Shown: piece after piece, positions 22,916 through 33,027 of the stretch
Numbering within the stretch: the stretch's first letter is position 1
How the letters are laid out: every line of letters starts with the position of its first letter
Assembly: GCA_020184695.1 (NCBI GenBank)
Contig: JAANOX010000268.1
Location: 124,001-188,000, forward strand
Origin: Histomonas meleagridis 2922-C6/04-290x
Taxonomy: Eukaryota > Protista > Parabasalia
Direction of reading: 5' to 3'
DNA length: 64,000 bases
The notes under the pieces: generated by a model
Seen by the model: only the letters and a program-made list of their open reading frames with translations
Databases searched by the model: none
What the model was told of the DNA's origin: nothing
Made by a program: the position numbers and the translations under genes

Positions 22916-24070
22916 ATGAAGGGAAAAATCACCCTTATTGGCGTAGGTCGTCTAGGTATTTGCACTGCTTTAGTGCTAGAAAATTCTGGGTATGATGTTC
23001 TTGGTCTTGACATAGTTGAAGATTACGTCAATAAAATAAATAACAAAAAACTCGAAAGCCACGAACCACATGTGGTAGAAATGCTTGAAAAATCGAAGAA
23101 TTTTCGTGTTACAATGGACATGAAAGAAGCTGTTGATTTTTCAGATATGATTTTCATTTGCGTCGATACTCCAATCACAGGAGATAAACATGGGAAATTT
23201 TACGATGTTTATAAACTCAACAGTGTACTCACCAAAATTAATGAACTCAAACCATCCAACAAAAATATTCAAGTAATGTGTACCGTTCTTCCAGGCTACA
23301 TTAGAAACGAAGGTCGTCCATTAATCAAAGATTGCATCAACACGACACTCAATTATAATCCAGAATTCATTGCCCAAGGATCAGTTATCCACAATTTCTA
23401 CAATCCAGATGTCATTCTTATTGGCGCAGAGAACAACGAAACAGGCGAAAAAATTGCAGAAATATACAGAAGCTTTGTTCACAACGAACCATATTATGCC
23501 ATAATGTCACCCGAAAGTGCTGAAGTAATGAAAATCAGTTTGAACTGTTTCATCACAACAAAGATAGCATACGCTAACATGATCGGAGACATCGCAGATA
23601 TGACCCCAGGAGCTGATAAAAACGCAATTCTTCAAGCAATTGGACATGATTCAAGAGTCGGATTAAAATGTCTTATGCCAGGTTGGTCGTTTGGCGGACC
23701 TTGCTTCCCTCGAGATAACAGAGCCCTCGCAGGGTATTCTGATATGATTGGTTATGAGGCAAAAATCTCAAAAGCGACAGATTTGGCAAATGAACAACAT
23801 ATCGAAAAACAGGCCGAGGAGTATCTCGCAATGAACAAGGACACATATGTGTTCGAACACGTCGCTTATAAGTTCCCTTGTGATGTTCCAATTACTGAAG
23901 AAAGTGCAAAGATTAAAGTTGCTGTAATTATAGCTAACCATGGGAAGAAAGTTATCCTTAGAGATCAGCCGCATATTTTGGATGATGCTAAAAGAATGTT
24001 CGGCTCCAAGGCAGACTTCATTTACGAGGACATATCTGTGTCCAGAGATCCATCAACGATAGACGGATAA
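22916..24070 (+). CDS. UDP-glucose/GDP-mannose dehydrogenase family protein
   Basis: Rossmann motif GVGRLG, CVDTP, NPEFIAQG, K-x3-N (MKISLNCF) and catalytic Cys in FGGPCFPRD. Confidence 0.9.
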   Translation: MKGKITLIGVGRLGICTALVLENSGYDVLGLDIVEDYVNKINNKKLESHEPHVVEMLEKSKNFRVTMDMKEAVDFSDMIFICVDTPITGDKHGKFYDVYKLNSVLTKINELKPSNKNIQVMCTVLPGYIRNEGRPLIKDCINTTLNYNPEFIAQGSVIHNFYNPDVILIGAENNETGEKIAEIYRSFVHNEPYYAIMSPESAEVMKISLNCFITTKIAYANMIGDIADMTPGADKNAILQAIGHDSRVGLKCLMPGWSFGGPCFPRDNRALAGYSDMIGYEAKISKATDLANEQHIEKQAEEYLAMNKDTYVFEHVAYKFPCDVPITEESAKIKVAVIIANHGKKVILRDQPHILDDAKRMFGSKADFIYEDISVSRDPSTIDG

Positions 24071-24229
24071 AGTACAGAAATAATAAACGTCACAAAACTC
24101 TTTTTTCTCTACGTTTGTGGCTGTAGTTATAGTTCTTCAAGATAAAAAATCAAAAGAATTCATTTGAAAAGAAGTTTTTAAGGGATTTAAAAAAAGAGAT
24201 TTGAAATAATTATAATTAATGATTTCAAT

Positions 24230-24679
24230 TTACTTGGTGAATTTGGGCTCTGTTTGAAGGAACTCTGCATCATGGCCTGTCTTAAGAGGTTCCTTGTTTT
24301 CTATCGTTTGGATACATATTATGACTAATGGTTCAGTACCTGTGTTCTTATAGCAACGACTAGCACCTGTGCCAACACGAACAACAGAACCTTCTTCAAT
24401 TGGGAAAACATTATCATCAACTTGATATTCACCGCTTCCCTTGATTACGATATAAACTTCCTCATTTTCCTTATGAGAATGGAAGAAAGGAAGTTGAGCG
24501 CCAGGTGGAATAGATGTATATGAAATTTCAGATCCTGTTAAGTGAAGCTCATTTTGGATGAAAACTTTTCCTGGGATCTCCTTTCCCTCAAGTTTTAATA
24601 CGTATTGATCAATTGAAGATGCAGGACCTACGTTTATAGCTGTGTAATTCTTTCCTTCTGAGATCGTTTTTACAGACAT
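24230..24679 (-). CDS. Cupin-domain protein, bacterial-like
   Basis: Cupin motifs PFFHSHKENEEVYIVIKGSG and GSVVRV...RCYKNTG. Confidence 0.85.
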   Translation of the reverse strand: MSVKTISEGKNYTAINVGPASSIDQYVLKLEGKEIPGKVFIQNELHLTGSEISYTSIPPGAQLPFFHSHKENEEVYIVIKGSGEYQVDDNVFPIEEGSVVRVGTGASRCYKNTGTEPLVIICIQTIENKEPLKTGHDAEFLQTEPKFTK

Positions 24680-25089
24680 TTGAAAAAAGTGAAGTAGAAA
24701 TTACCGGCACTTTTTTGGAAAAAAAGGCATGATTATTCAGAAGTTTATGTTTGGCCGAGCAAGCGTTTTGAATTAAATTAATTCAAAACTTATTAAGAAA
24801 AGTTCTTCGTTCAATTTTTTTCACAAATTCCTGAAGGAGCACCCCAAAGAGGAAGTTTGGAGTAACCCCTTAGTGCACGTTAAGGGAATTTTGTGCTATT
24901 TTTTCCATAATAGTTTTCAATTAAAATAATGGTACCTCGATTTCGAAAATCTTGTAAACAGCTTATATGTTGGGGGCGCTGAATTATATAATAACAACAT
25001 ATTTATTTTTTTTATCTAATTTAATTAAATTTCATCGAATTTGATTGTTCAACCTAAAAAAAGATAAAATATTCATAAAATGTCTTTAT

Positions 25090-25524
25090 TTAGCTCCTTG
25101 GCTTTTCCTTCTTTCCGAGCCATAAGGCAAGAAGAGAGAAACCTGCAACTTTGATAACTTGGAAACGAACTCCTGGAAGATCACCAACGGAACGGTTGGA
25201 ACGACCAAGACCAGCAACAAGTACACGATCGTTATCATCAATTAAACGAAGGGAACCATCACGTGGAACGAATGCTGTGATGACTTTGCTGTTCTTTTTG
25301 AGTTGAACACGAACTGCCTTACGAATAGCAGAGTTTGGTTGCTTAGCTTCGACAGCGACCTTTTGTGTAACAATACCTGAAGCCATAGCAACACCTTCTA
25401 ATGGTGTCTTGTAAATTGTTGTGCTTTGCCTCTTCCTATATTTCTTGCTTGCCCAGAGGTTGTTTCTGTGTGCGACACGGAGCTTACGAGCTGCCTGACG
25501 ACCGCATGCCTTGGATTTGCCCAT
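25090..25524 (-). CDS. RPS23: 40S ribosomal protein S23 (uS12)
   Basis: [15 protein letters not shown]... and [22 protein letters not shown]; CCTTT lies 5 nt before the ATG. Confidence 0.96.
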   Translation of the reverse strand: MGKSKACGRQAARKLRVAHRNNLWASKKYRKRQSTTIYKTPLEGVAMASGIVTQKVAVEAKQPNSAIRKAVRVQLKKNSKVITAFVPRDGSLRLIDDNDRVLVAGLGRSNRSVGDLPGVRFQVIKVAGFSLLALWLGKKEKPRS

Positions 25525-25599
25525 TGATAAAGGAGGACCACTTGGCACTTTTACGGTTTTGGTAAACAAAACCGTTATTCTATCGTTTACGGTTTCTAA
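25525..25599. promoter_or_regulatory. 75-bp bidirectional promoter (RPS23 / CNOT11-like) with M3-like and M5-like motifs
   Basis: TAACGGTTTT on the minus strand, TACGGTTT twice on the plus strand, and CCTTT adjacent to the RPS23 ATG. These match trichomonad M3 and M5 core-promoter motifs. Confidence 0.6.
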
Positions 25600-26784
25600 A
25601 TGGTTTCGAAGGAAATCGCAGATTCAGTCATTTCTCTTATATCAAGTGAAAGTGTTTCACTTGCAAATTTAACTAAACAGTTCAAAAATACATGTAACAA
25701 AATAGATCAACTTTCAGTTTTATCAAGTCTTTCTGCTTTGCTTATGGATGTTATTCTTGAACCTCCTCAGCAAATAATTACAGCATGGCTTTTATATTCT
25801 TCTTTTTCTGATGTTCCAATTAGGGAGAACCCTTTTTTTGATGTTTTACAATTTGTTTTAAATTCATCGAATTCATATTCTCAAAAATTATGTGATATCA
25901 TAAATTGTTTAGTTAATGTAAGCGACCTTGGTGATATTGCAGAAAAAACAGTTCTTGAAATTCTTGATCCTAATTTTTCAATTGATTCATCGAATACATC
26001 TGATTTACTTACAACTACTGTTCCACAAATACCACGAATATCGCCTGTAATAGTTAGTAAAGCAGATCCAACATCAACACAAATTTCACAATATCAATTA
26101 CTTAGAGAACTTCTAATTGATCCTTCTCTTTGGACAGATTTTGATGTGCCTTTTTGCCGTCAAATGCCAACGATATCCACTCCATCAAATGACGAACTTC
26201 AATTCATGAATATAAATTCCATAGATGGGATTCCATTTCTTTTCGATGAACTTAAAGCCATTGATAATTCTGTTGTCACCAAGTTTTTCTTAGAGCAATC
26301 CAACCAGCGTTCTCTTAAACCAGCTGAAATCACATCAATTCTTGATGAATACAAAAAAGATAAAACCATACTTCAAAACATGTTTACAAAGGAAGAAGCA
26401 CAGAAAGTTCTTGAGCTTAATCCTCAAATCGGAGCGCTCTATTTTGTGGGTCTTCCTACAAAAGAAAGAAAAATATTTGACACATTTATAAAAAGTGACA
26501 TTTCATTGTCAACGGTTGAAGCAGTTAAAACAATAATGATGCTAGCACCAGACCAAAACTTTTTTTCATCATATATTTCTCATGCTATACAAACATTCCA
26601 AGAAACAAAAGATATACACGCATTAAGAAATAAAGCAAAGTTGTTTTGTGAATTAATGATTTATTTACATAAAAATAAAGTAGAATTCACAGGAAGAATG
26701 TACTTGGACTTGCACTCACTAAGAATTGAACTTGAGGAAAGAGGAGTCAAAGAAGCTGCGGTCCTTTCATCTTTGATGGAATAA
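25600..26784 (+). CDS. CCR4-NOT subunit CNOT11-like protein
   Basis: N-terminal [10 protein letters not shown]...PIRENPFF and C-terminal ELNPQIG...KLFCELM...KEAAVL resemble CNOT11. Confidence 0.6.
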   Translation: MVSKEIADSVISLISSESVSLANLTKQFKNTCNKIDQLSVLSSLSALLMDVILEPPQQIITAWLLYSSFSDVPIRENPFFDVLQFVLNSSNSYSQKLCDIINCLVNVSDLGDIAEKTVLEILDPNFSIDSSNTSDLLTTTVPQIPRISPVIVSKADPTSTQISQYQLLRELLIDPSLWTDFDVPFCRQMPTISTPSNDELQFMNINSIDGIPFLFDELKAIDNSVVTKFFLEQSNQRSLKPAEITSILDEYKKDKTILQNMFTKEEAQKVLELNPQIGALYFVGLPTKERKIFDTFIKSDISLSTVEAVKTIMMLAPDQNFFSSYISHAIQTFQETKDIHALRNKAKLFCELMIYLHKNKVEFTGRMYLDLHSLRIELEERGVKEAAVLSSLME

Positions 26785-26996
26785 ATGTAAAGTTTTATTT
26801 CTTCTTTAGAAGAAAGAAATTTTTTTGATATATTTGTAAATATTGTTTTTATAAGTTAAAAACTATGTGATAATGAATTTTGATTTATTGTCCAATTACA
26901 AAAAAAAAAAAAAAGTTTGATTGTTTTTGACAATGTCTGTTTGAAAGTTTGTTTCTGTTTATTGTTTTTTTCCCATTTAATAATATAAGGAGCAAA

Positions 26997-27566
26997 ATGC
27001 CATTTGCCTTACAGAAGGAGAAAATGAACTCAATTGATATGAAAGAAAAATATCATCAACTCAAAGTAAGATATAATGATCTTGCAAATTTGAGAATTGA
27101 ATCGATGAAAATAAATGTAAATGATTTACGTCTTAAAATAGAAGAACATAAAAAAATACATGAAATTTCAGTAAGAGAATTAAGAATTCAAAATGAGCAA
27201 ATAAAGGAACTCGCCAAGGAAATGGAAATTGCCAAAGATGATTTAAGAAATCTTGCTAAATCTAATTTAGAAATTATTCAATCATTAAAATCTCAAGATC
27301 CTACACTTAACGTCCTTCTTGATTTCCCAGAGCTTGTAATCAGTTGTAAGGGCTATGGTTTTTTCGAAGTTTCATGTGGCCCAAATGAAGAATTTATCTT
27401 TTCACTCAAACGTAATGATGAAGAATACATATACAAACCCATAAAAATACCAACAAATTGTATAAATAGACCCTCTTTTATTGATGAAACAATTTCATTT
27501 GATATAAATGACTTAAAAAATTTTTGTAATCAGATTCACATATTCAATGACAAACTTAAAAGTTGA
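26997..27566 (+). CDS. Coiled-coil hypothetical protein (weak Csm1/monopolin-like architecture)
   Basis: N-terminal coiled coil (KYHQLKVRYNDLANLR) followed by a small alpha/beta domain. Confidence 0.5.
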   Translation: MPFALQKEKMNSIDMKEKYHQLKVRYNDLANLRIESMKINVNDLRLKIEEHKKIHEISVRELRIQNEQIKELAKEMEIAKDDLRNLAKSNLEIIQSLKSQDPTLNVLLDFPELVISCKGYGFFEVSCGPNEEFIFSLKRNDEEYIYKPIKIPTNCINRPSFIDETISFDINDLKNFCNQIHIFNDKLKS

Positions 27567-27731
27567 TAAGCTTTTTTCCTTGCTACTGTTTATGAATTTT
27601 TATTGTAACTTTTTTGTTCTAATAAAGTTTATCTCTTTACAATTTTTTTCATTACATAAAAAAAATTCAAAATGAAAGAAAATCTTATGAAATCACTGTA
27701 ATTTGCTGAATAATAATTAGTAGTATCAAAC

Positions 27732-27819
27732 TATAAGTCAAATATTTTATATAAGTCAAATATTTTATATAAGTCAAATATTTTATATAAGTCAAATATT
27801 TTATATAAGTCAAATATTT
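27732..27819. repeat. 18-bp tandem repeat (TATAAGTCAAATATTTTA) x ~4.9
   Basis: Four perfect copies plus 16 nt, intergenic. Confidence 0.95.
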
Positions 27820-28160
27820 GAGCAACATAGCAATGTAATAAATAACAATAAGTTTTAATTTTTTAATTAAAATATTTTTCAAAAGGGCAACAAAACAATG
27901 TTTAATGAAGCTTTATTCTTTTATATGTTTAATTTGTAGAAAACGCACAAAATTTGTGAAAAGAGAGGAAAAATAGGAATTGATTAAATAATTGGTGAGA
28001 TAGGTTAGCTTCTTCAGTTCTTACGAAACAAATTACAATTTCTTTCTGTAAAGCAATAATGACCATAGATAATGATATCAATAATTTTAAGAAAAAAATT
28101 TAAACCTATTAATGCATATAATTGTAAAAACATACTTGTTTATGATCATTTTAAAAAGAT

Positions 28161-28682
28161 TTAATTTTGATTTTCTTTTTTGACGCATTTGAACAAAAGA
28201 TCAAAATGAACACCACTAATTGGAACTATTCTAGCTTCTGTCGAAAATGGTTTTTGATCTGATGTAAGATCTGGAGCTTCTGCTTGAGCAGCTGAGGATT
28301 GTGGTTTAGCTGTTCCTTTGGCCATCTTCGATGTAAGAAATTCTTCAATTTTAGACCCTTGTGGATTGAATGGTTTGCCTGTAGTGGAAAAGCCACTGCT
28401 ACTAAATGTTAGAGCTGATTTTCCTGACGATTGTGAATCTTTACCAGTAGCAAAAGGATTCGCTATCTGATCAGCAAATGATAGGCCAGCTTTCGCTTTT
28501 GATGTGTCTGATGCCTTTGTGTCTGTGGTTTTTGATGTGTCAGATGTCTTTGTGTCTGTGATTTTTGATGTATCTGTCGATGTTTGATTTGTTGAGGTGG
28601 TGGATGACGTAGAACCTGAAGTTGGTGAAAAAAGGGAACTCCCTTTTGTTATCGAAGAAAAATCAATATTGAGTCCGCTCAT
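28161..28682 (-). CDS. Ser/Thr-rich low-complexity protein (nucleoporin-like composition)
   Basis: 173-aa ORF with TDTK/SDTSK repeats and spaced Phe motifs (NPFA, FSSSGFS, PFNP). Confidence 0.6.
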   Translation of the reverse strand: MSGLNIDFSSITKGSSLFSPTSGSTSSTTSTNQTSTDTSKITDTKTSDTSKTTDTKASDTSKAKAGLSFADQIANPFATGKDSQSSGKSALTFSSSGFSTTGKPFNPQGSKIEEFLTSKMAKGTAKPQSSAAQAEAPDLTSDQKPFSTEARIVPISGVHFDLLFKCVKKENQN

Positions 28683-28713
28683 TTGTGGCCAAATTTGGGG
28701 TACACCAAATCGA

Positions 28714-29091
28714 ATGGAAGAAAATTTTGTTGATGAAGTAATAAGACAAGGATATCAAATTTTAAATGAAGAAAGTTTTGAAATTGAGGTGGATGAAATA
28801 TCTAAAATGATAGGTGAGATAAAAGTTCCAACAACAGATTATCAATCATTATCAAGTTTGACATCTCTTTGTCTTTATGTTGAAGATCTTTTAAATAAAA
28901 ACGATGAAGCTCTCTCCAAAGCACAAGTCAGGAACATATGCCAAGAACTTCATGAAAAAGTTGACGGCTACAAATTATTTTATAAAACCTACAAAAAACA
29001 GTCTGATCGCATTTTAACTGTTTCTGCATGGAAGAAATATATTGAGAAGCTCAATGAATCGATATGTAAGTTAGAAGAAGCTTTTTATTAA
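28714..29091 (+). CDS. Hypothetical helical protein
   Basis: ATG 28714 (MEENFVDEV...) avoids overlap with the divergent gene; stop at 29089-29091. Confidence 0.6.
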   Translation: MEENFVDEVIRQGYQILNEESFEIEVDEISKMIGEIKVPTTDYQSLSSLTSLCLYVEDLLNKNDEALSKAQVRNICQELHEKVDGYKLFYKTYKKQSDRILTVSAWKKYIEKLNESICKLEEAFY

Positions 29092-29092
29092 G

Positions 29093-29737
29093 TTATTTGG
29101 AATTAAAGATCTTGTTAATTTGTGGATATAAATCCTTACAAGCCAAATGAAGACGATCAGCAAGTGTATTTGAGCATTGAATTTGCCCTTCTTTTGCAAT
29201 CAAAACGACTCCACCAATGCATTTGTCTGATACAACATAACTTGATAAAGAAACTTCTATTTCTTTTTCTGTTCTCTTTGAATATTCTTGTGATAATTCG
29301 TCCAACATTCCTTCTAATAGTTCTTGGTCAGCTTGTTTTACTGCTAATTCAACTTTTGGTTCGAGAAGAGAAAGAAGTCCTTGAAGACAGAGCTTGAAAA
29401 GAAGGTCACGGTATTCACTTGACTTAGAAATTTCTTCTAATTTCTTGACAGCCATGTCCATTGCTTTGTGAACAGCTTCATCACGAATTTGAAGAATTGA
29501 CATTCTTTGATTACCATTAATCAGAGAAAGTTGAACACTCTTTTGAGCAATGATTTGCTTTTGGCGTAGTGCTTTTTCATCTTTTAATTTGAGTTTGGCC
29601 CTATAAATTGTGCTGGTTTTGAAACGATCTGCATCTTGCGCTGCTTGCGTTTTAATGGATTTGGCCTTGTTCTCTGCTTCGTGTTGGATTGAATCTTCCA
29701 TTTTTTTAATCATGTCTGCTGTTGTGTTTGGCTTCAT
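29093..29737 (-). CDS. ATP6V1E: V-type ATPase subunit E
   Basis: IKKMEDSIQHEAENKAKSI..., NGNQRMSILQIRDEAV, and C-terminal CIGGVVL...CSNTLADRL. Confidence 0.9.
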   Translation of the reverse strand: MKPNTTADMIKKMEDSIQHEAENKAKSIKTQAAQDADRFKTSTIYRAKLKLKDEKALRQKQIIAQKSVQLSLINGNQRMSILQIRDEAVHKAMDMAVKKLEEISKSSEYRDLLFKLCLQGLLSLLEPKVELAVKQADQELLEGMLDELSQEYSKRTEKEIEVSLSSYVVSDKCIGGVVLIAKEGQIQCSNTLADRLHLACKDLYPQINKIFNSK

Positions 29738-30124
29738 TTGTTTGATTAAAAACCGTAACCGAAAATGATAAAAGAATACTTTTGGGGTGGCCCGAATTTA
29801 TTACAGAAAAAAATGAAGTATATTTAACTAAAAGCACAAAATAATTATTAATTACAATAATTGTTTTAAGTCAACAGTTAGGTAACACATGAGGAAATGG
29901 TTATTTTTCTAAGAATTTTTTCTCTTACTTTATAAATTTGAAAAACAAAAATAAACGCCGGTATCAAATTCCTTAAGGTAATGCATAGTATAAATGTCTT
30001 ACAACCTAAAATAATTCTTTAAAATGATGAAGTAATGAACAAAATATTTTTTTATTTTTTTCAAATTCACAGAATATGTTAAATATTTGAGAGAAAAAAA
30101 TTTAAAGGTTTTTAGATTAAAGAA

Positions 30125-30463
30125 ATGACCGAACAGCAGAACGAACCACAGCAAAATCATCAGCCAGAACAAGATCCACACATTGAACAAGCAACAACTC
30201 AAGAACAAAATACAAATACAGAACAAACAGAACAAAATGAAAATGTAATATGGAAATACACAAAAATGGCAGCTGTTGGCGTTTACCATGTGTTATATAA
30301 TGTAGGTGGCTTTTTTGCAGATCTTTTTGGAATCACATCTCCACGGTATCCTGAAATTGTTTACGAATATAATCGTATTCAAAGAGAAAGACAGCTTCGC
30401 GAAATGGAAGCAAATGGCGAAAATCCGGATTCACCATATGATCCTGAAGCTGTTCCTCCATAA
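30125..30463 (+). CDS. Small hypothetical protein
   Basis: 112-aa ORF; Q/E-rich N-terminus, GGFFADLFGITSPRY core. Confidence 0.6.
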   Translation: MTEQQNEPQQNHQPEQDPHIEQATTQEQNTNTEQTEQNENVIWKYTKMAAVGVYHVLYNVGGFFADLFGITSPRYPEIVYEYNRIQRERQLREMEANGENPDSPYDPEAVPP

Positions 30464-30695
30464 ACATTTGTCACTGATTTTTTATTATATTTTTCATGAA
30501 TTGTGCGTTTCCAGTTCATGGGTACTTTAAGGTAATTTTAAAATGAAGATTTTTTATGATATGATTGATCTCACAAAAATTTTTTCAAACAATAGATTCT
30601 TGTAATCCACTCTAACAACAAAAACATTAAGTTGACTAAATTAAAAGATTATATATAAATTATTTTATTCACAAAAAATTAGTAATAATAAAATT

Positions 30696-31052
30696 TCACT
30701 CAACACCTTTCAATAAAACGCACAAAGAGATTGGAAAGTTCCCAGTATTCAATAAAAATGTGTTTTGATCTGCTTGGAATATAAGCCTCATGGTTTGAGA
30801 TGAACGTTTTGGAAAAAGTGAACAAAGTGTTGCCATTTTGTTATCTACACATGCTCGAAGCACTGCGTGTGCAGATGATGAATTTACTGGGTCAGCAACA
30901 ATCGAAGCGTTTGAAATGAAAAGATAAGCTCCAGCAGGTTTTGTCCAAATTTGATTTGGTTGGATATATAACACAGTAGAATCCCAGCCAGATTCGTTAT
31001 CTGAGTCTGATTCAGAACTGGGATCAGACAAAATTCTCGGAGTGGCGCTCAT
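30696..31052 (-). CDS. Nucleoplasmin-like (NPL) domain protein
   Basis: LFISNASI, LCSLFP, Q..RLIF...F...G...ISL pattern of NPL domains, with an acidic N-terminal patch. Confidence 0.65.
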   Translation of the reverse strand: MSATPRILSDPSSESDSDNESGWDSTVLYIQPNQIWTKPAGAYLFISNASIVADPVNSSSAHAVLRACVDNKMATLCSLFPKRSSQTMRLIFQADQNTFLLNTGNFPISLCVLLKGVE

Positions 31053-31151
31053 TATTAAAAAGTGCTCAAAACAGTGACACTTTTTATAAATGAGAAGATT
31101 ACATTTTATATAAAATTTTATCGAAAATACTTTTTACAAATAATGAATAAG

Positions 31152-32282
31152 TTAAATTTCTTCTATAGACTCTTTAATTTTTTCTAGTTCTTCAACAAAA
31201 AAGTTAATATCTTTTAATCCCAAATCATTTTCTTTGATTTCTATATTTACTTTCCTGAACGATAATTCGAACTGTATCAATTTCTGTGCAAATATATTTA
31301 TTCCATTTTTAGATTCTTTTGAGCATTGTTCAAGATTTTTTTCTACTGCTATCATATATGAGTAGAAAATCTTATTGAACCATATGTCATTTGAGACATT
31401 CCAAAAATCGAATTCTTTATCAGCAAAATTTAAATCATAAAATGAAACGATTTCATTTCCTCTATGTATACCTCTTAGCTCATTCAGTATGTTCATTAAG
31501 TCTTCGGCATTTCTCATTGCTAATTGCACAAATAATTCTGCAAATATCTTTTCGAAATTCTGTTCTTTCCGAATCATCATTTGTGCAGATATGAATTTAT
31601 TAAGATGATACAAAGAAATTCGTGAGTTAATGTATGAAGAAAGAACATAATCAGCATAATGTTGAACATTTGAAGAAATTGAAAAAGTCATTAGAAAATA
31701 ATTATAAAGAAGAATAAAATCCGATTTTTCTCCTTTTTGCATGAGAAAAAATGAAATAGGACGAATTTCATTTTCATGAGAATATCCAAAAACAGTAACA
31801 AAAGATTGAAAAGGTTCACAATAAATGGGCAGACTATGAAAAATAATGTGGTTACATAGAGATGAAAATGAAAGCATATCTTTGGTATAAAGAACAGCAG
31901 AAATTGTTGGGAAGTTTATAACAAGTTGAAGAAATTCTTGCCCATCTACTGTATGATACAACTCAGGGGGTATTGAAAAATTTTGAAATGTTGTGGGGTT
32001 ATACATCCAATTTTGTGGAACTTGTGGTATTGAATGAGGGTGATACTGTAATTGTTGTTTGTTTACTGTTCTTCGTTGTCTAACAACAATGCGATCTGGG
32101 TCTTCATCTCGAGTGCAAGAGTCAAGATGTTCACCAGTTAAATTTTCAGTCATTGTTGAATGATTTATAGAAAGTCGAACCTTGCATTTGTTTTTTCTAT
32201 TCGCACACCTGTAATAAGCATGAGGACCGCGTTGCAAATATAGTCTTAGAAGATACCCATCTCTAAAAACATAATTTTCCAT
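31152..32282 (-). mobile_element. MULE transposase-derived gene with FLYWCH/WRKY-like zinc finger, probably catalytically dead
   Basis: N-terminal YYRC...CKVRL...GEHLDSC. The MULE-like core (FQSFVTVFG...RPISFFLM.K...F..LY...ADY) lacks the DGTF aspartate. No TIRs recognised. Confidence 0.55.
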
Positions 32283-32629
32283 AGTCAAAAGACGTTACCT
32301 TTTACAACGGTTTTGATCCCCCTATTCAAAAAGTCGAATAAAGGGGTGTCCCCTCAGTAAAAGTGCTGGAGGTTTTGTGTGTGATCCTTATGATTAAAAT
32401 TTTGATGGTACATGTTTGGTTTTAGAAATGTAAAAAAATTTTATAATTTTTTCCACAATAACATCATTAAAAATCAATATAACTTTAAGTATTTTGTTTA
32501 AAAAACTCATCTGTAAAAAGTTTCAATTTTTTATCTATTGTAAAACCATCAAATTAAAACCAAACAAATACATTTTGTTGATGTAATTTATTTTTATTTG
32601 CTGATAAGATAAAATATTTTGGTGAAACA

Positions 32630-32965
32630 AATATGAAAAGTTGGTGATCATTCTTAATGAAAATTCATATTTAGCAACTATAAATAGTGAATATAATAAT
32701 TGTAAAAGTTTAACAACTCTTTATGTTGGGGAAAATATTGAAACGATTGGAATTTTATCATTGTAGATAATGTAAATGTACATTATGGTGAAAGTGAATT
32801 TAATATTGTAACTAATTCAACTAAAAACATTTTAGCATAAACAATTATGGAAAACATTTTATGTAAATGGATCAATAAGTGAATATAAAATTAGAGTAAT
32901 TACAAATGATGAATGTCTTCCACCAACATCTACATTTACAAAATCAAATGTATTCTCGATCTAGC
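32630..32965 (+). pseudogene. BspA-like LRR/surface-protein relic
   Basis: Fragments NNCKSLTTLYVGENIETIG and CLPPTSTFTKSNVFS, interrupted by stops and frameshifts. Confidence 0.45.
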
Positions 32966-33027
32966 GCACCAACAAACGAAACCAAAATAAAAAAACAAAA
33001 AACGAACAATATTTTTTTATACTAATA

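Noticed and set aside
28106-28135. GTATGT...TAATAG 30-nt intron candidate extending the 28161-28682 gene into a RanBD-like domain
   Set aside because: It lies after the stop codon and no tested frame gives a convincing continuation.
28597-28682. True overlap of ORFs 28597-29091 (+) and 28161-28682 (-)
   Set aside because: The GTG-started extension is simply antisense to the Ser/Thr-rich gene; ATG 28714 is the more plausible start.
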